NCBI GenBank assembly: GCA_031397865.1
Contig: JANNMN010000021.1
Coordinates: forward strand, 15,441 to 79,440
Reading direction: 5' to 3'
Length of the DNA: 64,000 nucleotides
Source of the DNA: Chitinophagaceae bacterium
GTDB lineage: Bacteria > Bacteroidota > Bacteroidia > Chitinophagales > Chitinophagaceae
Shown: positions 54,954-64,000 of the stretch, piece by piece
Numbering within the stretch: position 1 is the first letter of the stretch
Layout of the letters: each line of letters begins with the position of its first letter
Program-made: the position numbers and the translations under genes
The notes under the pieces: model-generated
The model's input: the letters and a program-made list of their open reading frames with translations, nothing else
Told to the model about the DNA's origin: nothing
The model's database searches: none

Positions 54954-55409
54954 TTATGCAGCATCCCTCATCTGCTTCACTTTATCATGTGCTCTTTTCA
55001 ATTTAGATTGCTGATCGATAATCAGTTTTCTTAAATCTGGTGTAAGGTTTTCATCTTGCAAAGCAGTGTTATATGCTTTTTGCGCAGCATCCTCTCCAAA
55101 CTCACAGGAAGCAAGAATTGCTTTACGGTCTTTCCCTGTTACGGCCGCTTTTACATCCATCCACACCCTGTAGATTTTTCCCATGGCGGTAGTGCCTTCA
55201 GCAGGATCATTTCCAGTATCATTTACATGTTCTCTTAATTCGCCTGCAAAATCTCTACTGTCGTTTGCCATATCAGTAAATAAAGTACGGAGGTCCGCAT
55301 CTTCATCCGATGTTTCTTTGGCAGCTCTTTCATAACCTTCTACCCTGTCGTTATTAATCTGAATAAGATCGTTAAGGGTTTCGCTGATTTTTTCATTTAT
55401 TTCCATCAT
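54954..55409 (-). CDS. PA2169/DUF2383 ferritin-like four-helix-bundle protein
   Basis: 151 aa. 'LNDLIQINNDRVEGYERA' and 'CEFGEDAAQKAYNTAL' pattern. Confidence 0.75.
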   Translation of the reverse strand: MMEINEKISETLNDLIQINNDRVEGYERAAKETSDEDADLRTLFTDMANDSRDFAGELREHVNDTGNDPAEGTTAMGKIYRVWMDVKAAVTGKDRKAILASCEFGEDAAQKAYNTALQDENLTPDLRKLIIDQQSKLKRAHDKVKQMRDAA

Positions 55410-55628
55410 ACCATTAATTTTTTGTTTTTTAAAAAAGGTTTACCGGAAAGAGAAAGTAAAAAATCATGCCAGCCTGTTGGGGCAACTGGGATAAGGGTTA
55501 TTACGTAAATCTTATTTATAACAGGAAAGTGTGGGGAATTATTTTCACGAAATTCCCGGGCAAACGGGGTATTGTAGAGGAAATAAATCTGGTATCAGAT
55601 TTGAATTTTATATATCAAACCGAGTAAC

Positions 55629-56099
55629 ATGGCTATTGACAACAACCTCCAGTTCATCACCGAAAAAGTTTCACTGCTCCGTACTGCTGTAATGTATAGC
55701 ATGAGTAACGAGCTGGTAAAACTGCCGAACGACATTGTATCGTATGTAAATATTGACGACGAAGGACAGCTTTGGTTTCTTTCTCATCTTCCACCACAAT
55801 TATTGAGTGAGTGTGAAAGAGAATTTCCAGTTCGGCTTCACTTCTTCAAAAAGGGATATGACTTTCATGTGCAGGTAAGCGGAAAGGCAACTATCGTAAA
55901 TGATATTTCCCAGGATGATACGAAAGCAGTTCTTATAAAAATGACGATGAAAAATATTGAATATTGCGAGCCGCATGTAGCAGCTGAAAAGACAAAAATC
56001 CAGGTGCTTGCCGAAAAAGGATACCGGTGGATGCTTCGCCATATTGGTTTTCAACATACACAAACATCAGTTTTAAGTAAACTACATCAACACCATTAA
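55629..56099 (+). CDS. Pyridoxamine-5'-phosphate-oxidase-like / general stress protein 26-like (tentative)
   Basis: 156 aa. The 'DDEGQLWFLS' ... 'FHVQVSGKATIVND' pattern resembles split-barrel PNPOx-like proteins. Confidence 0.4.
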   Translation: MAIDNNLQFITEKVSLLRTAVMYSMSNELVKLPNDIVSYVNIDDEGQLWFLSHLPPQLLSECEREFPVRLHFFKKGYDFHVQVSGKATIVNDISQDDTKAVLIKMTMKNIEYCEPHVAAEKTKIQVLAEKGYRWMLRHIGFQHTQTSVLSKLHQHH

Positions 56100-56100
56100 T

Positions 56101-56490
56101 ATGAACAAGGCATTACATTTGATACAACAAAAAAGCAGTTCAATGCAACACGGAATGTTGCGTTTTTATAAAGGGGTAGATTCCCAGCAGCGGATGCAGG
56201 TTAGAACTTCAGCAGATAAAGATGATTTTTTAAACTGCGTTATTCATGAAGATGAAAACGCAACGGAAGCTTTATTAAACAGAGAAGTGGTATTGATCCA
56301 AAAGGATAAAGATGATTATCTGTACCTGACTGGGTTGATAAATGATGAAATAAAGAATGGTTGTAAAGTAGTTTCTTTAAAGATTAATAAGGCATGTTGG
56401 TTTATTAAAAAGAAAAGAGGCAGTGTAGTATGGCTTCAGCAGAAGTATATGTTTGAGAATCCTATCCAGAATGTGGAAAGAGCATCCTGA
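56101..56490 (+). CDS. Hypothetical protein, translationally coupled to the preceding gene
   Basis: 129-aa ORF starting 1 nt after the upstream stop. Confidence 0.45.
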   Translation: MNKALHLIQQKSSSMQHGMLRFYKGVDSQQRMQVRTSADKDDFLNCVIHEDENATEALLNREVVLIQKDKDDYLYLTGLINDEIKNGCKVVSLKINKACWFIKKKRGSVVWLQQKYMFENPIQNVERAS

Positions 56491-56672
56491 ATTTTTGTTA
56501 GTATAAAACAATTGGGGCAAAATATTTTCCCTATTTAAATCAGTTCTTCTTTACAATATTGCCGGGTAAAACCGGAGTACACTTCGAGGTTTTCATTACT
56601 GATGTTATTATCGGCACTGAAAATTTTTGTAAAGAGAATAAAAGGGTTTTGGTTAATTCCAGAACCCTTTGA

Positions 56673-57683
56673 CTATTTTATACCTTCCTGTTTAGCTATT
56701 GGAAGTTTCATCACTTCCAATGCAAATTTTTCACACTCCGCTTGCACAGTCTTTACATCTTTCGATTTTATAGGAGAACCCAACACATGATCACCGGCAT
56801 TAGGAATAGCTAACTGCCTTTTTAAATTTTCAGCCGTAGCTAATTGTGTAAACATTCGTTTCATAGCCGGCACTTTTACTACATCATCCTGGTGTTTTTC
56901 ATCTTTATAATAATATAAAAGCAGCGTTGGTTGAGTTATTTTCTTAAATGTTGATTCCTTCATCGTAGTCTCCAGTAATTCTTCCAGTTGCACCAATGAT
57001 GCAGTTACATACCTATTATTCCAATATTGTGCATACACTGCCGTAGTGTCTCCAGCCTTGCGATGTTTTCCTGTTACCAAATGGGCTATCTGCAAGCCCC
57101 AATGATTATTCAATAACCAGGCATTACCATCATTAATGGCAATATTGGGCGATAATAAAATTAATCCGGCTATGTCTGGATATTCTGCTGCCAATTTCAA
57201 GGCTACGGTGCCTCCTGTAGAGGTGGCCATCAGTATTACTTTTTTCCCCAATTGTTTTCCGATTGCATAAGCTTCTTTGGCAGAGTTCCATAATCCATCG
57301 GCAGTAAAATTTGCCAGCGGTTCAGTAGTATCTATTCCATGTGCATCCAACCGACTCAGGTAAAGATTGCAGCCAAACTTTTTTGCAAAATCTTTATGTA
57401 CAGGATCGCCTTCTTCCTGGCTGGCAGAAAATCCATGGAGGTACACAACAGCATAATCAGTTTTTTCTTGCAGAGAATCATTGAACCAAACAATCCTTGC
57501 ATCATTGTCTGGTTTTAGTTTATGCTTTGCCTCATTTGCCCTGATATAATTTTGTAATACGTTATAGTCTGAGGGAACCGCAGGAAGTTCTTTTGCATAC
57601 TTTGGAGTAGAAGGCCTTGGGCCTAAAAAGTAAACAACAATCAATACTAAAAGAATGATGGCTAGCCATTTAAGGAACTTCAT
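56673..57683 (-). CDS. Secreted/anchored alpha/beta hydrolase
   Basis: 336 aa. N-terminal anchor, 'VVYLHGFSAS', nucleophile 'ATSTGG' and C-terminal 'GDHV'. Confidence 0.8.
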   Translation of the reverse strand: MKFLKWLAIILLVLIVVYFLGPRPSTPKYAKELPAVPSDYNVLQNYIRANEAKHKLKPDNDARIVWFNDSLQEKTDYAVVYLHGFSASQEEGDPVHKDFAKKFGCNLYLSRLDAHGIDTTEPLANFTADGLWNSAKEAYAIGKQLGKKVILMATSTGGTVALKLAAEYPDIAGLILLSPNIAINDGNAWLLNNHWGLQIAHLVTGKHRKAGDTTAVYAQYWNNRYVTASLVQLEELLETTMKESTFKKITQPTLLLYYYKDEKHQDDVVKVPAMKRMFTQLATAENLKRQLAIPNAGDHVLGSPIKSKDVKTVQAECEKFALEVMKLPIAKQEGIK

Positions 57684-57830
57684 ATAGCTGGTTTTGATAA
57701 AACTACATTAAATCTTCGTTTGAAGTAAGTTAAGCCTGTATTAAATGCCTCTTTCGTTTGCTCCCCCGGTATAAAATCAGTACCTTCGCCGCTCGTTTGT
57801 AAAAAATGACTCCGTTGGAGAAATGAGATT

Positions 57831-59642
57831 ATGGAAATAAGAAACATCGCAATTATTGCCCACGTTGACCATGGTAAAACTACACTGGTTGATAAGATTT
57901 TACATGCCACTAAAGTGTTCAGAGACAACCAGGAAACCGGTGACCTGATAATGGATAGCAACGATCTGGAAAGGGAACGGGGTATTACCATTTTTAGTAA
58001 GAATGCCTCTGTGGTTTACAAAGGTGTAAAAATCAATGTTATTGATACTCCTGGTCACGCCGATTTTGGTGGTGAGGTAGAAAGAGTATTAAAAATGGCT
58101 GATGGTGTTTGCCTGCTGGTAGATGCTTTTGAAGGGCCGATGCCACAAACAAGATTTGTATTGCAGAAGGCTTTGCAATTAAACCTGAAGCCTATTGTAA
58201 TTATAAACAAGGTGGACAAGCCTAATTGCCGCCCCGATGAAGTGCATGATGCCATTTTTGAGTTGTTCTTCAACTTAGATGCAACAGAAGCACAGCTTGA
58301 TTTCCCAACTTTTTATGGTTCTGGAAAAAATGGCTGGTTCAATGATTCATTAGAGCAAATTGAAGGTATTGAGCCTTTGCTGGATGGTATTGTAAAATAT
58401 GTGCCGCCGCCAAAGGTGAATGAAGGGCCGGTGCAAATGCAGATCACCTCATTGGATTATTCTTCTTTCCTCGGTCGTATTGCAGTAGGAAAAGTAAACC
58501 GTGGTGTGTTAAAAGAAGGACAGAATATTGTGTTGATGCAAGCTGATGGCAGCATCAAAAAAACAAAAGTGAGAGAGCTGTATGTGTTTGAAGGAATGGG
58601 TAAAAAGAAAGTAACAGAAGTAATAGCTGGTGATTTATGTGCAGTAGTTGGTATAGAGGGTTTTAATATTGGAGATACATTGTCTGATGCTGAAACACCA
58701 GAAGCATTACCAGTTATCAGTGTAGATGAGCCAACGATGAACATGTTATTCTCTGTAAACAACTCACCATTCTTTGGTAAAGATGGAAAGTTTGTTACAA
58801 GCCGGCACCTGCGAGATAGGTTGATGAAGGAAACAGAAAAGAACCTTGCGTTGCGGGTAGAAGATAGTGAAGAAGGTGATAGTATGATGGTATATGGCCG
58901 TGGTATTTTGCATCTTGGTATATTAATAGAAACCATGCGGAGAGAAGGATATGAATTAACCGTAGGTCAGCCGCAGGTAATTGTAAAAGAAATTAATGGT
59001 AAAAAGTGTGAACCATACGAGGTACTGGTGGTAGATGTGCCACAGGAGTTTGCCAGTAAAGTTATTGACCTGGTAAGCCGCCGCAAAGGTGAAATGCTGA
59101 TCATGGAAACCAAAGGCGAGATGCAGCACCTGGAGTTTGAAATTCCATCAAGAGGATTGATTGGTCTTCGTACACAAATGCTGACTGCAACCACTGGTGA
59201 AGCCGTAATGGCCCATCGCTTTAGCGAATACAAACCATGGAAAGGCCCGATACCCGGAAGAAATAATGGGGTGTTGATTTCTAAGAGTACTGATAAAACT
59301 ACCGGTTACTCTATTGATAAGTTACAAGACAGGGGAACCTTCTTTGTGGACCCTGCAGAAGAAGTATATACTGGTCAGATAATTGCAGAAAATATTAAAC
59401 CCGGCGATCTGGTGGTTAATGCAACAGAACCAAAGAAACTAACCAACCACCGTGCAAGCGGTAGTGACGATGCTACGAAGATTGCTCCTAAGACGCTGAT
59501 GACACTGGAAGAGTGTATGGAATACATTCAGCAGGATGAGTGTATAGAAGTAACACCGAACTTCATCCGTATGCGGAAGGTGATACTGAATGAAGATGAA
59601 AGAAAGAAGGTGCAGAAGAAGATGGAAGCAGAAGCGGTTTAA
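57831..59642 (+). CDS. typA: Translational GTPase TypA/BipA
   Basis: 603 aa. 'AIIAHVDHGKTTLVD', 'DTPGHADFGGEV' and 'NKVD' motifs. EF-G-like domains. Confidence 0.95.
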   Translation: MEIRNIAIIAHVDHGKTTLVDKILHATKVFRDNQETGDLIMDSNDLERERGITIFSKNASVVYKGVKINVIDTPGHADFGGEVERVLKMADGVCLLVDAFEGPMPQTRFVLQKALQLNLKPIVIINKVDKPNCRPDEVHDAIFELFFNLDATEAQLDFPTFYGSGKNGWFNDSLEQIEGIEPLLDGIVKYVPPPKVNEGPVQMQITSLDYSSFLGRIAVGKVNRGVLKEGQNIVLMQADGSIKKTKVRELYVFEGMGKKKVTEVIAGDLCAVVGIEGFNIGDTLSDAETPEALPVISVDEPTMNMLFSVNNSPFFGKDGKFVTSRHLRDRLMKETEKNLALRVEDSEEGDSMMVYGRGILHLGILIETMRREGYELTVGQPQVIVKEINGKKCEPYEVLVVDVPQEFASKVIDLVSRRKGEMLIMETKGEMQHLEFEIPSRGLIGLRTQMLTATTGEAVMAHRFSEYKPWKGPIPGRNNGVLISKSTDKTTGYSIDKLQDRGTFFVDPAEEVYTGQIIAENIKPGDLVVNATEPKKLTNHRASGSDDATKIAPKTLMTLEECMEYIQQDECIEVTPNFIRMRKVILNEDERKKVQKKMEAEAV

Positions 59643-59669
59643 GAAAGAAAAGCAACTTAATTTATATGG

Positions 59670-59705
59670 CAGCAAATACCAACCCGGTATTTGCTGTTTG
59701 TTTTT
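59670..59705 (+). terminator. Intrinsic terminator after typA
   Basis: CAGCAAATACC-AACCC-GGTATTTGCTG (11 bp) followed by TTTGTTTTT. Confidence 0.7.
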
Positions 59706-59717
59706 ACATTTGTAAAG

Positions 59718-60503
59718 ATGCCCGATACGATACAAGATATTAATGCATTACTACACCAATACTTCGATAAGGTATTGGTACTAACCGTTCCCCGTTTTAA
59801 AGAAAGGCATGAAAAAGTAAAGCAGCGGCTTGCCGGTATTGATTTTAATTTTTTTTATGGCACGGATAAGAATGAACTTACTGAAGAAATTATCAATGAT
59901 AACTACCTCTATGATAAAGAGAACTCACTTTCTGTAAGGCAATATTTTCCTCCGCTGAATACTGGTGAAATTGCCTGCTCACTTTCACACCGTACTATTT
60001 ACCAGGCCATGATTGATAATAACTGGAAGCGGATATTAATATTGGAAGATGATGTGGTGCCAGATTTTAATAATCTTTCAATTTTATCCAGTGTAACGAA
60101 AGAACTGCCCAGTGACTGGGAATTATTTTACCTTGGATATTTAAAAAATGAAAAGCCAACCACAGGCTTACAATTGAAACAGTTGTGGTATAAAGTAATG
60201 AGACTTTTCGGTTTCAGTAAAATATCATACAGGCAAATAAGCAATATTGCACCAAAATCATTCAGTCAATCTCTTATGAAAGCCGGCTTTCACGACTGCA
60301 CTCATGCTTATGCAATAAGCCTGGAAGGGGCCAAAAAATTATTAAAAGAACAAACACCTGTAAAATACAGAGCCGACAGTCTTTTAACGGCGTTGGTATT
60401 GAATGGAACTATCAAGGCCTATTCAAGCAAATCATTTCTATTTAACCAGGAAATATTTACAAACAGTGCAGATAAATCCTATGTTCGGATGAAAAATAAA
60501 TAA
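59718..60503 (+). CDS. Glycosyltransferase family 25 (LPS/LOS biosynthesis)
   Basis: 'FDKVLVLTVPRFKERHE', 'GEIACSLSHRTIYQ', 'ILILEDDV' pattern. Start at the Met after the terminator. Confidence 0.75.
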   Translation: MPDTIQDINALLHQYFDKVLVLTVPRFKERHEKVKQRLAGIDFNFFYGTDKNELTEEIINDNYLYDKENSLSVRQYFPPLNTGEIACSLSHRTIYQAMIDNNWKRILILEDDVVPDFNNLSILSSVTKELPSDWELFYLGYLKNEKPTTGLQLKQLWYKVMRLFGFSKISYRQISNIAPKSFSQSLMKAGFHDCTHAYAISLEGAKKLLKEQTPVKYRADSLLTALVLNGTIKAYSSKSFLFNQEIFTNSADKSYVRMKNK

Positions 60504-60512
60504 AATATACGA

Positions 60513-61445
60513 ATGAAAGTAGCAGGTTACACAGTGGTAACGCCAAATTACCTGGCACATGGCCGTTCAGTAAGAGAGTCATTTCTCCAACATCATCCGG
60601 ATTGTGATTTTTACATAGGTATCATTGCTGCAGAAAATGATTATCCTGATACCGATAAAGAAGGGGTATATTTTATTACTCAAATAAATGACAGCCGGTT
60701 AGAGCAAATGCTTTTGCAATACTCAGCATTTGAAATGAGCTGTGCCGCAAAACCTTTTTTTGCTTCTTATTTTTTTGAAATAATGCCAGGTATAGACCGC
60801 TTGGTATATTTAGATGGAGATATATTTTTTTTTAACAGTCTTGCTCCTTTTTCTGAATCTCCCGTTTCTATTACACCACATCGCATACATGAAATTGGCT
60901 TTTTGCCGGATACAAATAAATTGTCTGATACTTCACTAAACAGGTATGGAATATATAATGCCGGATATTTTGAAGTGATGCGAAATAAGGAAGGATTGCG
61001 GTTTTTAAAATGGTGGGAACAGCTAATGAGTGATAAGTGCTACAATAAACCGGACGAACACCTCTTTGTAGATCAGGTATGGTTAAATTGTCTGCCTGCT
61101 TTTTTCTGTGATGTTTACATAAATAAAGATCCCGGCTATAATGTGGCATATTGGAATTTGATTGAGCGAAATATTACTATGAAGGATAAGCATGTTATGG
61201 TAAATGACAAACCCCTTGTATTTTATCATTATTCGCTTTACACTCCGGATGCTCCAGATAAGATGACGAGTTTCGAAAACAAGTTTTTATCGTTCGAAAA
61301 TTTTACGTTGCTACGGCCGGTGTACAGGGCATATGAGCAATCATTGTTGCGCCATGGTCTTAATGCCTTCAAGTCTCTGCCTTATCCTTTTCATCAAAAG
61401 GAAAAATCAAAAAAAGAAGGATTATTGAAAAAACTATTCAAATAG
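60513..61445 (+). CDS. Putative nucleotide-diphospho-sugar transferase (GT8-like fold)
   Basis: 310 aa. 'YLDGDIFFF' (DxD-like) and 'YNAGYFEV' pattern. Confidence 0.5.
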   Translation: MKVAGYTVVTPNYLAHGRSVRESFLQHHPDCDFYIGIIAAENDYPDTDKEGVYFITQINDSRLEQMLLQYSAFEMSCAAKPFFASYFFEIMPGIDRLVYLDGDIFFFNSLAPFSESPVSITPHRIHEIGFLPDTNKLSDTSLNRYGIYNAGYFEVMRNKEGLRFLKWWEQLMSDKCYNKPDEHLFVDQVWLNCLPAFFCDVYINKDPGYNVAYWNLIERNITMKDKHVMVNDKPLVFYHYSLYTPDAPDKMTSFENKFLSFENFTLLRPVYRAYEQSLLRHGLNAFKSLPYPFHQKEKSKKEGLLKKLFK

Positions 61446-61454
61446 AAGAAGTGG

Positions 61455-62153
61455 TCATTTCTTTTCTGCAACAATAACGTTGTTCATATACAAATCATAG
61501 CTGGTAGGAAATAGTTTTCGTTTTATTGAAAAAACAATATTCATCCAGGTAACTCCGGGCTTCCTCATCCATTTACGTAAAAAAATAGGAAGTTTAGATT
61601 TCTCCAGGTACACATCTCTGAAGTACATTATACGGAGTTGATGTATCACGGAAAGAAAATCTCCAGCTTTGTCAATTTTTACAATATTGAATCCGTGTTT
61701 CTCCAGCAAATGCCGTAAAGCAAACTGTGTGTACCGGGCATAGTCAATTGGAACTTCATGTTCATTCCATACAAAAGGGCAGGTAATAAGTATCTTACCT
61801 CCGGGTATCAATACCCTGTTGAGCTCCGCTATTATTTCATCCGGATTAAAAATATGCTCCATCACTTCGCTGCTAAATATGGAATTGAATGAGTTGTCTG
61901 GAAATGGCAGTTTCTTTCCATCATAATACACATCTATCTTTTCATTATCATGAGAATGTCCTTCTCCTGCATAATCTACACCAACATATTCTGTAATGTT
62001 TTTAAAAAGGGATTGATAGGGTTTTGATCCGCAGCCAAAATCAAGTAACCGGCCGGTAAGTAAATGCTGATGCTCATTTATTTTTTTATATAAGCCACTT
62101 CGTATTATATAAAATAAATGATTGCGGTCTGGGTTGAAATCTTTAGAAACCAT
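61455..62153 (-). CDS. Class I SAM-dependent methyltransferase
   Basis: 232 aa. 'LLDFGCGSKPY' motif I, then 'VLIPGGKILI'. Confidence 0.85.
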   Translation of the reverse strand: MVSKDFNPDRNHLFYIIRSGLYKKINEHQHLLTGRLLDFGCGSKPYQSLFKNITEYVGVDYAGEGHSHDNEKIDVYYDGKKLPFPDNSFNSIFSSEVMEHIFNPDEIIAELNRVLIPGGKILITCPFVWNEHEVPIDYARYTQFALRHLLEKHGFNIVKIDKAGDFLSVIHQLRIMYFRDVYLEKSKLPIFLRKWMRKPGVTWMNIVFSIKRKLFPTSYDLYMNNVIVAEKK

Positions 62154-62179
62154 GATTTTTTTGATAGATGTAAACTGAT

Positions 62180-63136
62180 TTATTTGCTAGCCAAATTATT
62201 CAGCCATTTTTTAAAACACTTTTTTACAAAAATAGCTGACCAATTAGTTTGTTTTAAAATAATCCGTGGTATTTTCTTTTGATACCGGATGATAAACAAA
62301 ACAACTTTCATTTCAGGGCCATCATATCCTTGGGCCTTTATATAACTCCACTCGGTTATCCTGAATTTTTTTACCAGGTTCCAAAGACTGCGAAACACAA
62401 ACCAGTTTTTTTCCTGAACAGCTTCCGGAAATTTGGTGATCAAGAATAAATATTCCGGAATTTCGACAGAAGGATTTTTGTACGAAGTGCTTGATACCTG
62501 TTCATCATCCATGCCAATATTCAGCAAGGGCTGTGAAATATAATGGAATGATGGATGCGCAGATAAATAACGGATATAAAAATCAATATCAACTACCCAT
62601 TTAAAGCTGGTATCGTATATAATGGTCCCATCTTTTTTATGTACAACTGTACTCGGATGTCCGATCACATTATCAAAAACAAGGTTCACCGGATTATCTT
62701 CCAGCATTTTCTTTTTTTCAACATCCAGCTTCGTAATTTTTATCAACTTATTTTCCGTAAAAATTTCATTACTGGCACAAAAAATAAAATCACTGCCAGA
62801 TTTTTTACAGGCTTCTGCTAATTGAGAAAGTGAATCTGGCGATGAATACCAGTCATCTGCATGAAGTAACTGTATCCAAGGGCTGGTTGCTTTTGCTATA
62901 ACATGATTCCAGTTTGCCGGCATGCCCTGCACAGGATCATTTTTGTAATACTGTATAGATAAGTGTGTGTATTTTTTTACTATTTCATGAACCTCATTGC
63001 CGGGTGTATCGTCAGTAATTATTATTTCATAATCAGTAAAAGTTTGTTCCTGGATAGAATTCAATAAACGATGTATAAGCTCAGGCCGTTTATAAGCTGG
63101 AATGCAAATGGAAATGAAAGCAGCATCAGATGACAT
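62180..63136 (-). CDS. Glycosyltransferase family 2
   Basis: 318 aa. 'ISICIPAYKRPE', 'IIITDDTPG' and 'LHADDW' motifs. Confidence 0.85.
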   Translation of the reverse strand: MSSDAAFISICIPAYKRPELIHRLLNSIQEQTFTDYEIIITDDTPGNEVHEIVKKYTHLSIQYYKNDPVQGMPANWNHVIAKATSPWIQLLHADDWYSSPDSLSQLAEACKKSGSDFIFCASNEIFTENKLIKITKLDVEKKKMLEDNPVNLVFDNVIGHPSTVVHKKDGTIIYDTSFKWVVDIDFYIRYLSAHPSFHYISQPLLNIGMDDEQVSSTSYKNPSVEIPEYLFLITKFPEAVQEKNWFVFRSLWNLVKKFRITEWSYIKAQGYDGPEMKVVLFIIRYQKKIPRIILKQTNWSAIFVKKCFKKWLNNLASK

Positions 63137-63194
63137 AAAAAGATTGTTGATAAAATAAATATATGCTATATTTTTACAGGATAAGTTATTGTAA

Positions 63195-64000
63195 TTGCTT
63201 CACATCTTAGTCATCCCTGCTTTTCGTCTTTACCCGTTAGATTCCGGGGGAGCTTATGCACAATTAGTTTTTTTGGAAAAGCAGCAGCATCAACAACAAA
63301 TAGATTTATTTATTACACCAGAGAATATCAATGCTGAAGATATAAATGCTTTTCAGCAAAAATTTCCTAAGATTAATTTAATACAGGCCGGTTTTGAAGC
63401 AACAAATGTTGTTGACAAATCAACTTCTTTTTTAAAAAAATTAAAAAGAAAAATATCTGGGAAGGACTATGCCTACCAATTAAAAAAGAGCCGCTATTTA
63501 AATGGACTCATTCAAATGAGGCCTGAGATGATGGAGGAGGTGCAACGTATAGCAGCAGTAAAAGAGTATGACATCATCCAGGTAGAGCACAGTATTAACA
63601 TGGGACTTATTGGATTGCTTCCATCAAAACCCAGTAAAATTTTTGTCCATCATGAAATTGCACATACCCGGATACATAGCGATATGCTATCTATTGGTCA
63701 CAGTAATACTTTCTCCAGTTATATCTCGGGCATTGCATCGCAACTTGAATTAAGTTGGCTAAATCAATACGACGGTGTTATTACTTTATGTACAGAAGAT
63801 GCGGAACTTTTGCAGCAAAAAGGCGTTGATGTGCCAATACATGTTGGTAGGTCATTTGCTCTTTTTGAAAATGAGCTGTCAAATAATTACAACCCAGATC
63901 TACCGCCACAATTATTATTTGCAGGTGGCGAATCGCATTATCCAAATAAAGAAGGACTAAAATGGTTTTTAGATGAAGTGTTTCCTTTGATACAAGCAAA
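63195..64000 (+). CDS. Glycosyltransferase family 4/1, 5'-partial in window (runs off the end)
   Basis: Open frame from the stop at 63192 to the window end. '(L)LHILVIPAFRLYPLDSGGAYAQ', '..LLFAGGESHYPNKEGLKWFLDEVFPLI'. No in-frame ATG near the 5' end, so a TTG start is inferred. Confidence 0.6.
   Translation, partial: MLHILVIPAFRLYPLDSGGAYAQLVFLEKQQHQQQIDLFITPENINAEDINAFQQKFPKINLIQAGFEATNVVDKSTSFLKKLKRKISGKDYAYQLKKSRYLNGLIQMRPEMMEEVQRIAAVKEYDIIQVEHSINMGLIGLLPSKPSKIFVHHEIAHTRIHSDMLSIGHSNTFSSYISGIASQLELSWLNQYDGVITLCTEDAELLQQKGVDVPIHVGRSFALFENELSNNYNPDLPPQLLFAGGESHYPNKEGLKWFLDEVFPLIQA

Overview
AT-rich Bacteroidota-type chromosomal segment. The lineage call rests on TTG/TAnnTTTG-type promoters, the absence of obvious Shine-Dalgarno sites, and many 'MKK..' signal or lipoprotein N-termini; it looks Chitinophagales/Sphingobacteriia-like. 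Housekeeping genes I recognise are trmB, tsaC, rnhB, ctaA, fabH, typA, a korB-like gene, an acyl-CoA dehydrogenase and an AmiC-type amidase. They are interleaved with envelope and glycan genes: an O-antigen-ligase-like gene, GT2/GT4/GT25 glycosyltransferases and an acyltransferase-3. There are also small stress-protein clusters and several two-component systems. The most interesting part is about 23.8-47.1 kb. (i) The 3' end of tsaC occurs three times (intact, then two decayed copies), bracketing two stacked accessory islands that carry no recombinase. (ii) Four modular, secreted, phage-tail-fibre-like paralogues are present (653, 391, 462 and 538 aa). Three of them sit in a same-strand cluster headed by a TPR histidine kinase and a LuxR-type response regulator. 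(iii) A conserved box (TTCACCC..TTTCGCTATTG) abuts the -33 promoter element of the fibre genes and of the regulator gene itself. (iv) A 163-bp near-identical promoter plus signal-peptide cassette heads two otherwise different fibre genes. The cluster also holds a decayed copy of that cassette, a MITE-like inverted-repeat element, a papain-like-peptidase/beta-propeller protein and two membrane proteins. No phage structural, integrase, CRISPR, rRNA or canonical tRNA genes were seen. Other notable items: a promoter-to-terminator RNA gene with a tRNA-like 3' domain that I cannot assign, a sensor kinase interrupted by one in-frame TAG, and an alkyltransferase-like MGMT homologue lacking the active Cys. 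All protein-family calls come from motif recognition by eye. No searches were run.
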